Shown: positions 34,477 through 43,903, numbered from the stretch's first letter. The stretch is 64,000 bases of DNA from Candidatus Hydrogenedentales bacterium (GCA_942492815.1 OW818658.1:5996284-6060283), one strand, 5' to 3'. The notes: a model not told the origin generated them from the letters alone. Numbers and translations: made by a program.

Positions 34477-34683
34477 GGGACGGACCCGCTCAAAGGCCCT
34501 TTGGTCTGGCGGCACGATCAGTCACGCCCATCAAAGTCACGCCAGAACGAAACACGCTACAGCGCGCGGGCCTGTCCTCAACGGGATCAGTGGAAGGGAC
34601 CGAGTGCAAGTCCGGCCTTTTTCGACAGACTGCAACTTTCAAATTCGGACGTAGAGCAGGCTCAATTTTGACTTTCAACTCAC

Positions 34684-35193
34684 TTGCGTGGAGATCGCGT
34701 TATGTTGCCGGAATCACTCGATGACATGGTTGCAATTGCGGCTGCCAAACTCACCCTGGGCCAACTTTCAGGCGAAGAAGTACACGCCGTCGCGATGAAT
34801 GCACTTCTGACTGGCATCGATTGCGAAGAAGTTCTTGTGTTGGTTGATATGAGAAAACCTTTCGCATTTGACTTGGAAGAACTTTTCATTCGATTGATCG
34901 ACAAGCTTGGAGTCAAGCTTCCAAACGTTCAAGAGGCTACTCTTCGCGTTGCCAGAGAAGTCGCCACCCGGATAATATCGGGGAGTGTAACTCCCTATGA
35001 TGGGGCGCGCCATATTTGGTGGAAGTTGGCCAACTTAGAAGGATGCGATCAACGCTTGAACGTATTCGTCGGCTTGGCAAGTGAGATTGAAGACTGTATA
35101 TCGGAAGAAACTCGCGCAGAATATGTGCTCGATATAGTGCGGGAGGCGAGGGCGCTCTTGGTAGAGGATTCCCGCTCGCTTGGAGCATCATAA
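34684..35193 (+). CDS. hypothetical protein in a low-GC (~47%) islet
   Basis: 169-aa ORF. GC is markedly below the ~65% flanks. No recognizable domain. The start may be the Met at 34702. Confidence 0.5.
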   Translation: MRGDRVMLPESLDDMVAIAAAKLTLGQLSGEEVHAVAMNALLTGIDCEEVLVLVDMRKPFAFDLEELFIRLIDKLGVKLPNVQEATLRVAREVATRIISGSVTPYDGARHIWWKLANLEGCDQRLNVFVGLASEIEDCISEETRAEYVLDIVREARALLVEDSRSLGAS

Positions 35194-35299
35194 ACCTCTT
35201 TGCCTGCGAAGACGCATTGGGAGATCGCCCCGACGGCCTGATACTAATCATGGGCGCGACGGCGGACCGGCAACAGACTGTACTTGCGCCGCAATAATT

Positions 35300-35599
35300 T
35301 CAGTTTGGCCGTAAGACCTCGGTAATTGGATGAACAATGATGGAGTCCGCCCGCTTTCGCACAAGGCTCAGGTCGTAGTTCATCTGAAGACGCAACCAAC
35401 CATCGGCAGTGCCCCAGCCCATCTTTTCGAGCCGCACAGACATCTCGGGAGATATCCCTGACTTCTCGTTGAGCAGGTTGTTTAATGTTTGTCTTGCCAC
35501 CCCCAGGGCTTTGGCACCATCGGACACGGTAATCCCCAAGGGTTCGAGACAATTGACTCGCACGTGCCGTCCCGGATGCGGTGGGTTCTTCATTGGCAT
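35300..35599 (-). CDS. higA: HigA-family antitoxin (XRE-type HTH)
   Basis: MPMKNPPHPGRHVRVNCLEPLGITVSDGAKALGVARQTLNNLLNEKSGISPEMSVRL matches the HigA consensus (HNPPHPGE...LGV.RQ.L..LLNG...IS.EMA.RL). Confidence 0.85.
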   Translation of the reverse strand: MPMKNPPHPGRHVRVNCLEPLGITVSDGAKALGVARQTLNNLLNEKSGISPEMSVRLEKMGWGTADGWLRLQMNYDLSLVRKRADSIIVHPITEVLRPN

Positions 35600-35613
35600 A
35601 TTCTGCGACTCCC

Positions 35614-35892
35614 TTAGTGATAATCCACAAGATCGATTTCCAAGGCAAGGCCGACCTCGAATCGAAAAACGATGCGCCAGTTTCCAGAAACAATAACGGC
35701 GTACTGACCACGACGGCTACCGCGCAACTCGTGCAGTCGATAGCCAGGTTGTCGCATGTGCTCGATCGTATCTGCGGCGTCTAAATCGGCAAGAATCAAC
35801 TCAATCCTGGCCAGCAGGTTAGGGTTGACCTTACTGACATCACCGTGTTCGTAGAGGCGCTTCAGCCCCTTGTGTTTGAAGCTACCGACCAT
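35614..35892 (-). CDS. higB: HigB toxin (RelE/ParE superfamily mRNA interferase)
   Basis: FKHKGLKRLYEHGDVSKVNPNLLARIE...HELRGSRRGQYAVIVSGNWRIVFRF...VDYH matches HigB. Immediately upstream of higA. Confidence 0.85.
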   Translation of the reverse strand: MVGSFKHKGLKRLYEHGDVSKVNPNLLARIELILADLDAADTIEHMRQPGYRLHELRGSRRGQYAVIVSGNWRIVFRFEVGLALEIDLVDYH

Positions 35893-35935
35893 GTTTTAGT
35901 TTACCATAGACAATTGTCACTTGTCAGATCGACTC

Positions 35936-36000
35936 ATAAAAAATCCGGCGCGGCCGGTCACAGAGGTCCCGTAAGACCTTTTCGACCCGCCGCGCCGGTC
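35936..36000 (-). terminator. Rho-independent terminator of hcp (CCGGCGCGGC / GCCGCGCCGG stem followed by a T-run on the minus strand)
   Basis: Hairpin 20 nt after the hcp stop, followed by ATTTTTT on the minus strand. Confidence 0.6.
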
Positions 36001-36020
36001 AGGGCGCAATTAGAGTTTTA

Positions 36021-37328
36021 TTACAGCGAAGCCAGCAGCGCTTCCACGTCGGCTTTCGCATCCGTGCCCACAGGCTTGAGGTTGTAGTTCTTCTGCAGCA
36101 GCGCCAGCACGTTGGGCGTGACGAAGGCGGGCAGGTTCGGGCCGAGGTGAATGCCCTGGACGTTCAGATAAAGGAGGGTCAACAGCACGGCCACGGCCTT
36201 CTGCTCGAACCAGCTTATCATCAGCGTGAGGGGCAGGTCATTTACGCCGCAATCGAAGGCTTTCGCCAGCGCCAGGGCCACCTGGATCGCGCCGTAGGCG
36301 TCGTTGCACTGGCCCATGTCGAGGAAGCGGGGCAGGCCCGCCACCGTGCCGTAGTCATAGTCGCGGATGCGGAACTTGCCGCAGCCCAGCGTGAGCACCA
36401 GGGAGTCCATGGGCGTGGCGTGGGCAAAATCGGCGTAGTAGTTACGTCCTGGCTCCGCGCCGTCGCAACCGCCGATGAGAAAGACGTGGCGGATATCGCC
36501 ATCCTTGAAAGCCTTCACCAAGGTGTCCGCCAGATTGAGAATCTGGGTGTAGTGGAAGCCGATCGTGGACTTCTTCAGCTCGGTAGGCTTCAGCGGGCCG
36601 ATTTCCAGCGCGCGCTTGATGATGGGCGTGTAGTCGTTGTCCGTAATCCGCATCGCGCCGGGCACCGCCGTGGTGCGGGTGGTGTAGAAACGGTCGAGGT
36701 AGGTGTTGGAGTCCCAGGGGATCAGCACGCAGTTGGTGGTGCCGAGGATCGGCCCGCCGAAGCGCTCAAATTCCACGCGCTGCTTTTGCCAGGCCGAGCC
36801 GAAGTGGCCCTTGAGGTGGGGGTATTTCTTCAGACCGGGATAGCTGTGGCCAGGGAGCATTTCGCCGTGGGTGTAGACGTTCACGCCCGCGTTGTTGGCC
36901 TGTTCCAGCAGGTCCTTCAGGTCCATCAGGTCGTGGCCCGTGATGAGGATGCCGGGGCCTTCCTGGATGCCTTCGGTCACTTCCGTAGGTTCGGGAAGCC
37001 CGAAATTTTCCACGTGTCCGTCGTTCAGGAGCTGCATGGTTTTCAGGTTCATGCGCCCGCATTCCAGCGCCATCTCCACCAAAGTCATCAGGTCGAAGTT
37101 CACGTTCGTCATGGTGGCGAAGAGAGCCTCTTCGATGAAGGCCTCCACTTCCGGGTCGGTCTTGCCCAGGCGCCGCGCGTGGTGCTTATAGGCCGCCATG
37201 CCCTTCAGGCCATAAAGCAAAATCTTCTGTACGGACTCCACGTCCGCGTCCTTTCCGCAGATGCCGCGATCGACGCAGCCCGTGCCGCGAAAGGTTTGTT
37301 CACACTGGTCGCAATGCATGGTGGCCAT
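36021..37328 (-). CDS. hcp: hybrid cluster protein (hydroxylamine reductase), short class
   Basis: N-terminal MHCDQCEQTFRGTGCVDRGICGK cysteine cluster. 435 aa. Hcp-family motifs throughout. Confidence 0.85.
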   Translation of the reverse strand: MATMHCDQCEQTFRGTGCVDRGICGKDADVESVQKILLYGLKGMAAYKHHARRLGKTDPEVEAFIEEALFATMTNVNFDLMTLVEMALECGRMNLKTMQLLNDGHVENFGLPEPTEVTEGIQEGPGILITGHDLMDLKDLLEQANNAGVNVYTHGEMLPGHSYPGLKKYPHLKGHFGSAWQKQRVEFERFGGPILGTTNCVLIPWDSNTYLDRFYTTRTTAVPGAMRITDNDYTPIIKRALEIGPLKPTELKKSTIGFHYTQILNLADTLVKAFKDGDIRHVFLIGGCDGAEPGRNYYADFAHATPMDSLVLTLGCGKFRIRDYDYGTVAGLPRFLDMGQCNDAYGAIQVALALAKAFDCGVNDLPLTLMISWFEQKAVAVLLTLLYLNVQGIHLGPNLPAFVTPNVLALLQKNYNLKPVGTDAKADVEALLASL

Positions 37329-37537
37329 AAATCCGGTCCTTTTTCCTGTCGCCCCGAGGGGTCGTTAAAGATGTATTTGTGATCTATGTTACACCTCTTT
37401 TCAGGATTTTGCAAGCGGTATGCTTAACAAACGCACGCGGCGTGGGCAGGTGGCGGGCACTACGATGGGACTGCTCTGGAAATAAGCGGTCACGACGCGA
37501 AGAGGTATGTGATGACTACCGTCAACGCTGGAACTTA

Positions 37538-37577
37538 CCCCCCCTCCCCCCCCGCAAGCGGGGGGGGTAGGGGGGGT
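37538..37577. repeat. G/C homopolymer palindrome C6TC9-GCAAGC-G8TAG7 (hairpin / G-quadruplex-prone) in the hcp upstream region
   Basis: Seen directly: CCCCCCTCCCCCCCCCGCAAGCGGGGGGGGTAGGGGGGG. Confidence 0.9.
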
Positions 37578-37738
37578 AAAGCTCGGATATGACTTCCACC
37601 CTCTATGGGTGACGCGAAGCGTCATGAATGACTGTCCAGAAAAGGCGGCGGTGAAGAGCGGGATTGGCGCTGAAAGGTAGTCAACCGCAAGGAGGTGGAC
37701 GTAGGCGGGTGGGCGGGACTGTCCCACGCTGTTAAAGT

Positions 37739-38240
37739 CGCGGGACAGTCCCGAATGGCACTAACTTAAGGGCAATGCCTGGATGCTTCAACGGGTAACC
37801 TGGGGTGCCACCCTCAAACGCAATCGCGTAGCGATGAAGTTTGTGGGTGTTGGGATTTCACCGTGTGACACGATTTTCTTTGAAAATTGGAGCCTCTTCA
37901 CCCACAAGTCGCGACCGCCGGTGGCGGGGGTTCGAGAAAGAAAACGCCGGGCTGTAGTCTTCAGGCTGTAGGAAGTTGTGTTCGGCTATTGAGTGAACTG
38001 TGTTTGGTTAAAGTCACCTCACCCACAAAGTTCCCCCGCTTCGCTCCTCCCTTTGAGGGTGGCACCCGCAGGGCCCTAAGGGGATCTGGGTGGGGCTTGG
38101 GTCGGTTGAAGTCCGGTGTTTTCTTAGCAGCAGCTCCCCCGCTGCGCTCCTCTGCTTGAGGGTGGCACCCGCCATTAACTTCGAAAAGCTTAGAGCGCCT
38201 TTCTCTTATGTTAGTGCCATTCGGGACAGTCCCGAACGCG
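37739..38240. mobile_element. MITE-like non-autonomous element, ~500 bp, with ~28-bp terminal inverted repeats (CGCGGGACAGTCCCGAATGGCACTAAC / GTTAGTGCCATTCGGGACAGTCCCGAACGCG) and an inner inverted repeat (GGGGTGCCACCCTCAA / TTGAGGGTGGCACCC); no ORF
   Basis: Terminal inverted repeats seen directly. The GGGACNGTCCC palindromic core is shared with the tandem array at 57.1-57.8 kb. Additional GGGAC(A/T)GTCCC copies flank it at 37711 and 38309. Confidence 0.6.
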
Positions 38241-38325
38241 CAGGAGGCCGCGGCGCTCCAGAAAGTTCATGCGGCACGCATTCGCAATGCGTACTCCAGG
38301 TGCCTTGGCGTTCAGGACAGTCCCG

Positions 38326-39960
38326 TCACTTCTCGATGTAGAAATCCTGAAAGCGGTGGTAGCCCAGCAGATTGGGAACATAACCCTTCACTTCCGGGGC
38401 TTGGAGGTACTTCCGGGTGTAAAAGTAAATCGGGACGATGGGTAGATCCTCCAGCACGATGTCTTCGGCCTGCTTCAGCAAAGCAAAGCGCTTGGCGGTG
38501 TCGGGCTCGGCGTAGGCCTGCTGGATGAGGGCGTCGTAGGCCGGGTTGGCGTAGCCGGTGCGGTTATTGCCGCCATCGGTGAGCCACATCTCCAGGAAGT
38601 TCATGGGGTCCATCACATCGCCGATCCAGGCGGCGCGGGCGAGGTCGTAGTCCAAGCTGTTGGTGCTGTCGAGGTAGACCTTCCAATCCTGATTCAACAG
38701 TCGCACTTCCAGGCCGAGATTCTTCCGCCACATCTGCTGCATGACTTCGGCAATCTTCTTGTGCTGCTCGGAGGTGTTGTAGAGAATCTCCACGGGTGGC
38801 AGACCTTTGCCGTCGGGGAAGCCGGCCTCGGCCAGGAGCGCCTTGGCTTTTTCCGGATTGAACTCCAGGCGGGGCGTCCCCTCATAGCCCGGAATGCCCG
38901 GGGGCACATAGCTCGCTGCCGGCGTCTGCCCGCCCTTGGTCACGTTGCGGGCAAGTTCCTCTCGATCCGTCGCCAGCGACAAAGCCTGGCGCACGCGCTT
39001 GTCGTTGAAGGGTGGGCGCGTGGTGTTGAGGCGATAGAAATAGACGCCCAGGTAGGGATCGATATGGATGAGTCCCGGATCTTTCTCCCGATACTCCGCG
39101 ATTTTGTGCTCGGGGACGTCGCCGGTCAACTGGATCTTGCCGGAACGGAAACTACGTTCTTCGGTGCTCAGATCGTCGATGGGATAGAACTCGATACCAT
39201 CGAGCCGGACCTTGTCGCGCTCCCAATAGTGATCGTTGCGCGCGACCCGGATGATTTCATTCGGACTCCACTCCGTAAGGCGGAAGGGGCCGTTGCTCAC
39301 GTGATTCCCGCCCCGTGTCCACGGCGTACCCCGTTCATCCATTCGTCCGTAGGCCTCGATGGTGGCCTGATGCACGGGAAACCACGCCTGGTGAATCTGC
39401 ATGGCGAGCAGGTACGGCGTGGGGTATTCCAGCGTAAGTTCCAGCGTGTGATCGTCGATAGCCTTCGCGCCCACCTCGTCAATATTCGTTATCGTGCCCT
39501 GATTGAAGCCTTTCGCATTCTTGAGGCAGAAGAGCAGGTAGGCGTAGTCCGCCGCCAGTGCCGGGCTCAGCATGCGCTTGTAGCTGTAGATAAAATCCTT
39601 CGCCGTCACCGGATCGCCGTTAGACCACTTGCCATCAGCCCGCAATTTGAAGGTGTAGACCCGTTTGTCCTCCGAAATGGTCCACGACTCCGCCGCTGCC
39701 GGTAAGGGATCAAAGGTTGCCGGATCGACCCCGGTGAGTCCGTCAAACAACGAGGCCAGCACGCGATGTTCCGGCACGCCCGTCACCAGATGGGGGTCGA
39801 GATCTTTCACTTCGGCGTTGATGTTAATCCTGAGCACCTTCGCCGATTCCGTCGCCGAACCGGACTCCCCGCCCTGTACATCTTCTTTCGGAGAGCCGCC
39901 GCACCCCGCCAGAAGCAGTGTTGCGACGCCGATTACGGTATAAACGGAAAACTTGCGCAC
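38326..39960 (-). CDS. ABC transporter substrate-binding lipoprotein, family 5 (oligopeptide/dipeptide-binding, OppA/DppA-like)
   Basis: Lipobox LLLAGCGG. SBP_bac_5 architecture. GTG start preceded by AGGAA chosen. The repeat motif GGACAGTCCCGTCA abuts the stop codon. Confidence 0.8.
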   Translation of the reverse strand: MRKFSVYTVIGVATLLLAGCGGSPKEDVQGGESGSATESAKVLRININAEVKDLDPHLVTGVPEHRVLASLFDGLTGVDPATFDPLPAAAESWTISEDKRVYTFKLRADGKWSNGDPVTAKDFIYSYKRMLSPALAADYAYLLFCLKNAKGFNQGTITNIDEVGAKAIDDHTLELTLEYPTPYLLAMQIHQAWFPVHQATIEAYGRMDERGTPWTRGGNHVSNGPFRLTEWSPNEIIRVARNDHYWERDKVRLDGIEFYPIDDLSTEERSFRSGKIQLTGDVPEHKIAEYREKDPGLIHIDPYLGVYFYRLNTTRPPFNDKRVRQALSLATDREELARNVTKGGQTPAASYVPPGIPGYEGTPRLEFNPEKAKALLAEAGFPDGKGLPPVEILYNTSEQHKKIAEVMQQMWRKNLGLEVRLLNQDWKVYLDSTNSLDYDLARAAWIGDVMDPMNFLEMWLTDGGNNRTGYANPAYDALIQQAYAEPDTAKRFALLKQAEDIVLEDLPIVPIYFYTRKYLQAPEVKGYVPNLLGYHRFQDFYIEK

Positions 39961-40076
39961 AGGGAAATTCCTTCCTGGTTTATGCAAAAACTCACGGTTG
40001 CTTCTGGGCACGGGGGCCATGTGCCGCGCCAAGTATTATAAATGTATTCGCGGCTGGGGTTAAAACCGTATCGGCC

Positions 40077-41042
40077 TCACTTCACTGCGGTCTTCCGAAG
40101 GTCCTCGAGCACCGCGCGGGGCGCGACAAATACGGTGCCGTGCCGGATACCCTCCGGCATCACGATCTGCTCCGAAACATCTTCCCAGGAATTCCGATCG
40201 ACCGAGCGCACCGCGCCATAGCGGTGGTCCATATACTTGTCGAAATAGACCAGCCACTGGCCCTTCCAGTTCACTGCGGAGGGACCTTCGGCCCAGTAGT
40301 CGCCCGTAATTTTCGGCGAGGCGGCGCTCCAGGGACCTTCCGCTTTCTCCGCCGTGGCCACGCGGATATTCTTCTCCTCGGGCTTGAGGGTCTCGTTCTT
40401 AAGAAACATGACGTACTCGTTCCCCGCCTTCACCACCGTGGAATCGATCACATTGAAGCCGAGATCGTAGAAGAGCTTCGTCTCGCTGAACGTTTTAAAG
40501 TCCTTCGTGGCCGTGTAATAGATCCGGTGATTGTTTTCGCCGTCCCCCTGGCCTTCCGTCGCGGGGAAGCGCCCGGGTATCGTGGTGGCCCAGAAAATGA
40601 GGTACTGGCCGGTGGCGTCATCGTAGAAGGCCTCCGGCGCCCAGGCATTCTGCGCGGTGGGCTCGTGCATCATGACCGGAACATACTGCTGCTCCGACCA
40701 GTGGATCAGGTCTTTCGAGCTCGCATGGCCGATGCCCCGCTCCTGCCACCCCGGTGTCCACACCATGTGAAACAGGCCGTCCGCGCCGGTGATGATGCAG
40801 GGATCCCGCATGAGCACCGACTCGCCTACCTTCGGCGCAAGCCAGACGTGGTCCCTGCGAACCTCCTCCCAACGGAGGCCGTCTTCGCTTGTGGCGAGAT
40901 ACAGCCCCGCCTCGCCGTTGTTGCGAAAGAAGGAAAAGAGGAGGACATTGTCCGGCTCTGCGGCGTGCATCGGAACGGTGGACAGCAACGCCATCGCTAT
41001 GAAAACAAAGCACGAGTACCGAAGTGCGCTGAAAGAAATCAT
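40077..41042 (-). CDS. glycoside hydrolase family 43-like five-bladed beta-propeller hydrolase, secreted
   Basis: Signal peptide MISFSALRYSCFVFIAMALLSTVPMHA. Motifs RDPCII (DP base), WAPE and WAEGP match the GH43 catalytic triad. Confidence 0.65.
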   Translation of the reverse strand: MISFSALRYSCFVFIAMALLSTVPMHAAEPDNVLLFSFFRNNGEAGLYLATSEDGLRWEEVRRDHVWLAPKVGESVLMRDPCIITGADGLFHMVWTPGWQERGIGHASSKDLIHWSEQQYVPVMMHEPTAQNAWAPEAFYDDATGQYLIFWATTIPGRFPATEGQGDGENNHRIYYTATKDFKTFSETKLFYDLGFNVIDSTVVKAGNEYVMFLKNETLKPEEKNIRVATAEKAEGPWSAASPKITGDYWAEGPSAVNWKGQWLVYFDKYMDHRYGAVRSVDRNSWEDVSEQIVMPEGIRHGTVFVAPRAVLEDLRKTAVK

Positions 41043-41511
41043 GGCTGTTTCCCTTTCTGTTCGCTTAGCGAAGCGACGCCACCATAGTACCCCACACGCC
41101 ACGGAATGGAAAATGACCTGGCGACCAAACCACGCCGTTGCTCCTTGCATCCTGATTCACAAAAAAAAGACCTGTCACCACGAAGGCACGAAGTTCACGA
41201 AGAAAAACGGGAAGTCGGACGTTTACCCACGCTTGGCATGCCGTCTTTCGAATGATCTCTGCACGCAAAGGCGCAAAGATATTGGGGACGTCGGTTCAAT
41301 ACGTTTTGCCTGACTTACCGGGTAGAATCGCGGCTGCGAAATGTTTCCTTCTCCCTTTTTTCTTCGTGCTCTTCGCGCGTTTCGTGGTGAAAGTTCTGGT
41401 TGCGGCCCGAGGCCGCTTCAATTACCTCGTGGTGGGGTTTCCCGGCCCCGCGTTGCCCCGTCGCGCCGCGCTCCATTACAATAGCGGTCTTCGCAGTCCC
41501 GAAAGGCCCCC

Positions 41512-42168
41512 ATGAACACCATCGAACGCACCTGGATGACGTTGAAACACACGTGGAAGTTCGCCCGCAAGGGCAAACGCTGCCAGTTTCCCATTCCCAG
41601 CCTCCATGTGGACGGCCATGTGGAATTGGGCGACCTGTGCCGCTTCCGCAACAACGTGACCCTGCGCACTCGAGGCGAGGGCAAGATCATCTTCGGCAAC
41701 CGCTCCGGCTTTAGCTGGGGCTGTACGGCGGAAGCGCATCAGCTCATCCAGATCGGCAACTACACGGCCATCGCGGAGTACTCCTGGATCTGCGACACCA
41801 TGCCCGTGCTCAAAGGCTCCACGAAGGGTTGCCGCGAGGTGGAGTACGTTTCGAAGCCCATCTACATCGGCAACGACGTATTCGTCGGCAGCGGCTGCAT
41901 CATCGGCCCCGGCGTCACCATTGGCGACGGCGCCGTGGTGGGCCCCTTCAGCGTGGTGACGCGCGATATTGGCCCGCTGGAGATCTGGGCGGGCACGCCG
42001 GCGCGCAAGCTCGGCCACCGCACCGAGGGAGTGACCGAGACTCAGCTCCAGTCGCTGCGAGATCTGGTTGCCGAGCAGGGCATCCAGGGAAATCGCTACG
42101 AGAGCCCTTCAATCGCGCAAAAGATTGTAAAAAAGATCTTCCGGAAACTGAAGAAACTGGTTCGCTAG
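41512..42168 (+). CDS. hexapeptide-repeat (left-handed beta-helix) acetyltransferase
   Basis: Repeated [LIV]GxxxxIGxxxx[IV] hexapeptides (IYIGNDVFVGSGCIIGPGVTIGDGAVVG). Confidence 0.75.
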   Translation: MNTIERTWMTLKHTWKFARKGKRCQFPIPSLHVDGHVELGDLCRFRNNVTLRTRGEGKIIFGNRSGFSWGCTAEAHQLIQIGNYTAIAEYSWICDTMPVLKGSTKGCREVEYVSKPIYIGNDVFVGSGCIIGPGVTIGDGAVVGPFSVVTRDIGPLEIWAGTPARKLGHRTEGVTETQLQSLRDLVAEQGIQGNRYESPSIAQKIVKKIFRKLKKLVR

Positions 42169-42179
42169 AAGGTCTGCCC

Positions 42180-42887
42180 ATGCCCATTCGCGCCATTACA
42201 TTCGACTACTGGATGACCCTCTTTCGCGAGCAGGATCGCGCGCTGCGCCACGAGCACCGTTCGGAAGCCTTCGCCAGGGCCACCGGCGCACCCCAAGCCG
42301 ACGTAAGCCGGGCGCTGCAGGCCGCCCACGAATACTTTTTTACGATCCACGTTGCCGAGCAGCGCACGCTGGAACCCATCGACGCGGTGCGCATGGTGTG
42401 CCGCGATCTGGATCTCACCATTTCGGATTCGCTCGCCGACGAACTTGCCCGCGCCTTTGGCACGTCCATTCTGGTCTACCCGCCCGGGCTGATCGAGGGC
42501 GCCCTTGAGGCCGTGAAAGCCGCCGCCGCACGGGGGCCCGTCGGCATCATCTCCGACAGCGGCATGAGCCCCGGATCCTCATTGAAGAAACTATTGGATC
42601 TGCATGGATTCACACCCTATTTCACCCACATGACCTTCTCCGACGAACTGGGCGTGGCCAAGCCCCAAGCGGCCATGTTTGAACAAACCGCCGCTGCCCT
42701 CGGCGTGGCGACACACGAACTCCTGCACATCGGCGATCTGGAGCCCACGGATATTGCCGGAGTTCACGCAGTGGGCGGAGTGGGCGCTCTCTTCGCCGGA
42801 GCGAATGATCGCTTCGCGGAGAATACGACCGCGGAGTACGTGTTCCGCCACTGGGATGAATTCCTCGACGCGCTGCCTGACATTTGA
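42180..42887 (+). CDS. HAD-superfamily hydrolase
   Basis: N-terminal ITFDYWMTL (DxD-type motif I), and GIISDS... / HIGDL motifs. The ORF-track entry 41829-42887 reads through from upstream; the ATG at 42180 was chosen. Confidence 0.65.
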   Translation: MPIRAITFDYWMTLFREQDRALRHEHRSEAFARATGAPQADVSRALQAAHEYFFTIHVAEQRTLEPIDAVRMVCRDLDLTISDSLADELARAFGTSILVYPPGLIEGALEAVKAAAARGPVGIISDSGMSPGSSLKKLLDLHGFTPYFTHMTFSDELGVAKPQAAMFEQTAAALGVATHELLHIGDLEPTDIAGVHAVGGVGALFAGANDRFAENTTAEYVFRHWDEFLDALPDI

Positions 42888-42906
42888 AAAGCGAGCGCGT
42901 TCCCTC

Positions 42907-43533
42907 TTACCCCAGCTTTACCCGCTCCAGCGTTGCGTTCCACGGCGTGTCTTCCGTGCTGATCAGCGCGTAGCGCGCGAATCCCTCTTCCGCCATGAGC
43001 GATCCCGGCGCGACGAAAAGTGCACCGTCCACGTGGCGCGTGAAGAAATCTTCCGTGCCTCCGCTGACGATGATATCCGCGCGCGTTATCTCGCGCTGGC
43101 GTTTCAACTTTGCGACGGGCGTATCAGCGGTGATGACTTCCCGCGGATTACCGGGCGAACCGTGGCACACGATTCCCGAGAGCCCTTCCACGATAAAAGT
43201 GCGCGTCTTCCGCCAGTCGCGGAGCCGCTCGAGATTCTGGCTGCTCAGGTATTCATGGGCCGCGCGCAGCGCGGGAAGGAGCGCTTCATCGACCTTTCGA
43301 TCCAGCGTTTCCTGCTTGCGCGAATAGCGAACAACCATGCGATCCTTGTTGCCCTGCACGCAGATCACACCGTATTTTTCCAGCAACGCAATGACTTCAT
43401 TGCCCCCATCGCCGCCCATAATGGCGTCGCCCGTGTGCAGAATCGTCTGAATTCCGGTGTCCGCGATTGCGTTCAGCGCGCATTCGAGCGCGTTTTTGTT
43501 GCCATTGATGCTGCCAATTGCGGCGAAGATCAT
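42907..43533 (-). CDS. metallophosphoesterase (calcineurin-like, YfcE-type)
   Basis: ILHTGDAI, GNKD and IVCHGSPG phosphoesterase motifs. Confidence 0.7.
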   Translation of the reverse strand: MIFAAIGSINGNKNALECALNAIADTGIQTILHTGDAIMGGDGGNEVIALLEKYGVICVQGNKDRMVVRYSRKQETLDRKVDEALLPALRAAHEYLSSQNLERLRDWRKTRTFIVEGLSGIVCHGSPGNPREVITADTPVAKLKRQREITRADIIVSGGTEDFFTRHVDGALFVAPGSLMAEEGFARYALISTEDTPWNATLERVKLG

Positions 43534-43599
43534 GAATTTGTTCCTTCCCGGAAAAAAAATTTCTGGCCGCCTCGGGCGGCGTTGCGAACTATACGCGCT

Positions 43600-43903
43600 T
43601 CAACAGCGGCCTTCAATGAAATTGTAAGATGTTGCAATTAAAGGTGTTGCAAAAACTAAATCAATTTTTTTACTTTTGAGACCGCCGATGAGCCTGTAAA
43701 ATAAGGGCGATTTCGCACCCAAAAAAATTTTAGCATTGAAAATAGGGCTTGACAAATCATTATTTAGACGTTAATCAATACACCATTGCTGAAGGCGCTT
43801 CCGGTAGTTGCGCGCAGCACCGGAGAGAGCATACGTCTGTCGCGTATCTTGGGCCGGCGCCGACAGCTTCCAAGACCAATTCGATTTCAAAGGAGAAACG
43901 ACC
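43600..43903 (+). promoter_or_regulatory. AT-rich promoter/leader region of the HU-like gene, with a TTGACA -35-like hexamer at ~43749 and two TTGCAA direct repeats at ~43633-43655
   Basis: Local GC drops sharply. AGGAG ribosome-binding site 8 nt upstream of the ATG. The -10 element is not convincing. Confidence 0.35.

Noticed and set aside
32650-34515. 621-aa minus-strand ORF antisense to argS
   Set aside because: argS on the plus strand is unambiguous. The antisense ORF has junk composition.
34490-34680. Possible tRNA or tRNA fragment marking an island integration site next to the low-GC islet (GGACCGAGTGCAAGTCCGGCC resembles a T-arm)
   Set aside because: No complete cloverleaf could be folded by eye. 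The T-loop consensus (GTTCGAATC) is not met. Left as unverified. A tRNAscan or Aragorn run would settle it.
43560-43600. Minus-strand hairpin + T-run (GGCCGCCTCGGGCGGC preceded by AAAAAAAATTT) as a terminator
   Set aside because: It would terminate minus-strand transcription, but no minus-strand gene ends nearby (TolC ends 800 bp away, with the plus-strand HU gene in between). It is more likely part of the divergent promoter region.
43749-43777. Sigma70-type promoter for the HU-like gene (TTGACA -35)
   Set aside because: The -35 hexamer is perfect, but no acceptable -10 sits at 16-18 bp spacing (TAATCA is a 2/6 match). Kept only as a low-confidence AT-rich regulatory region.
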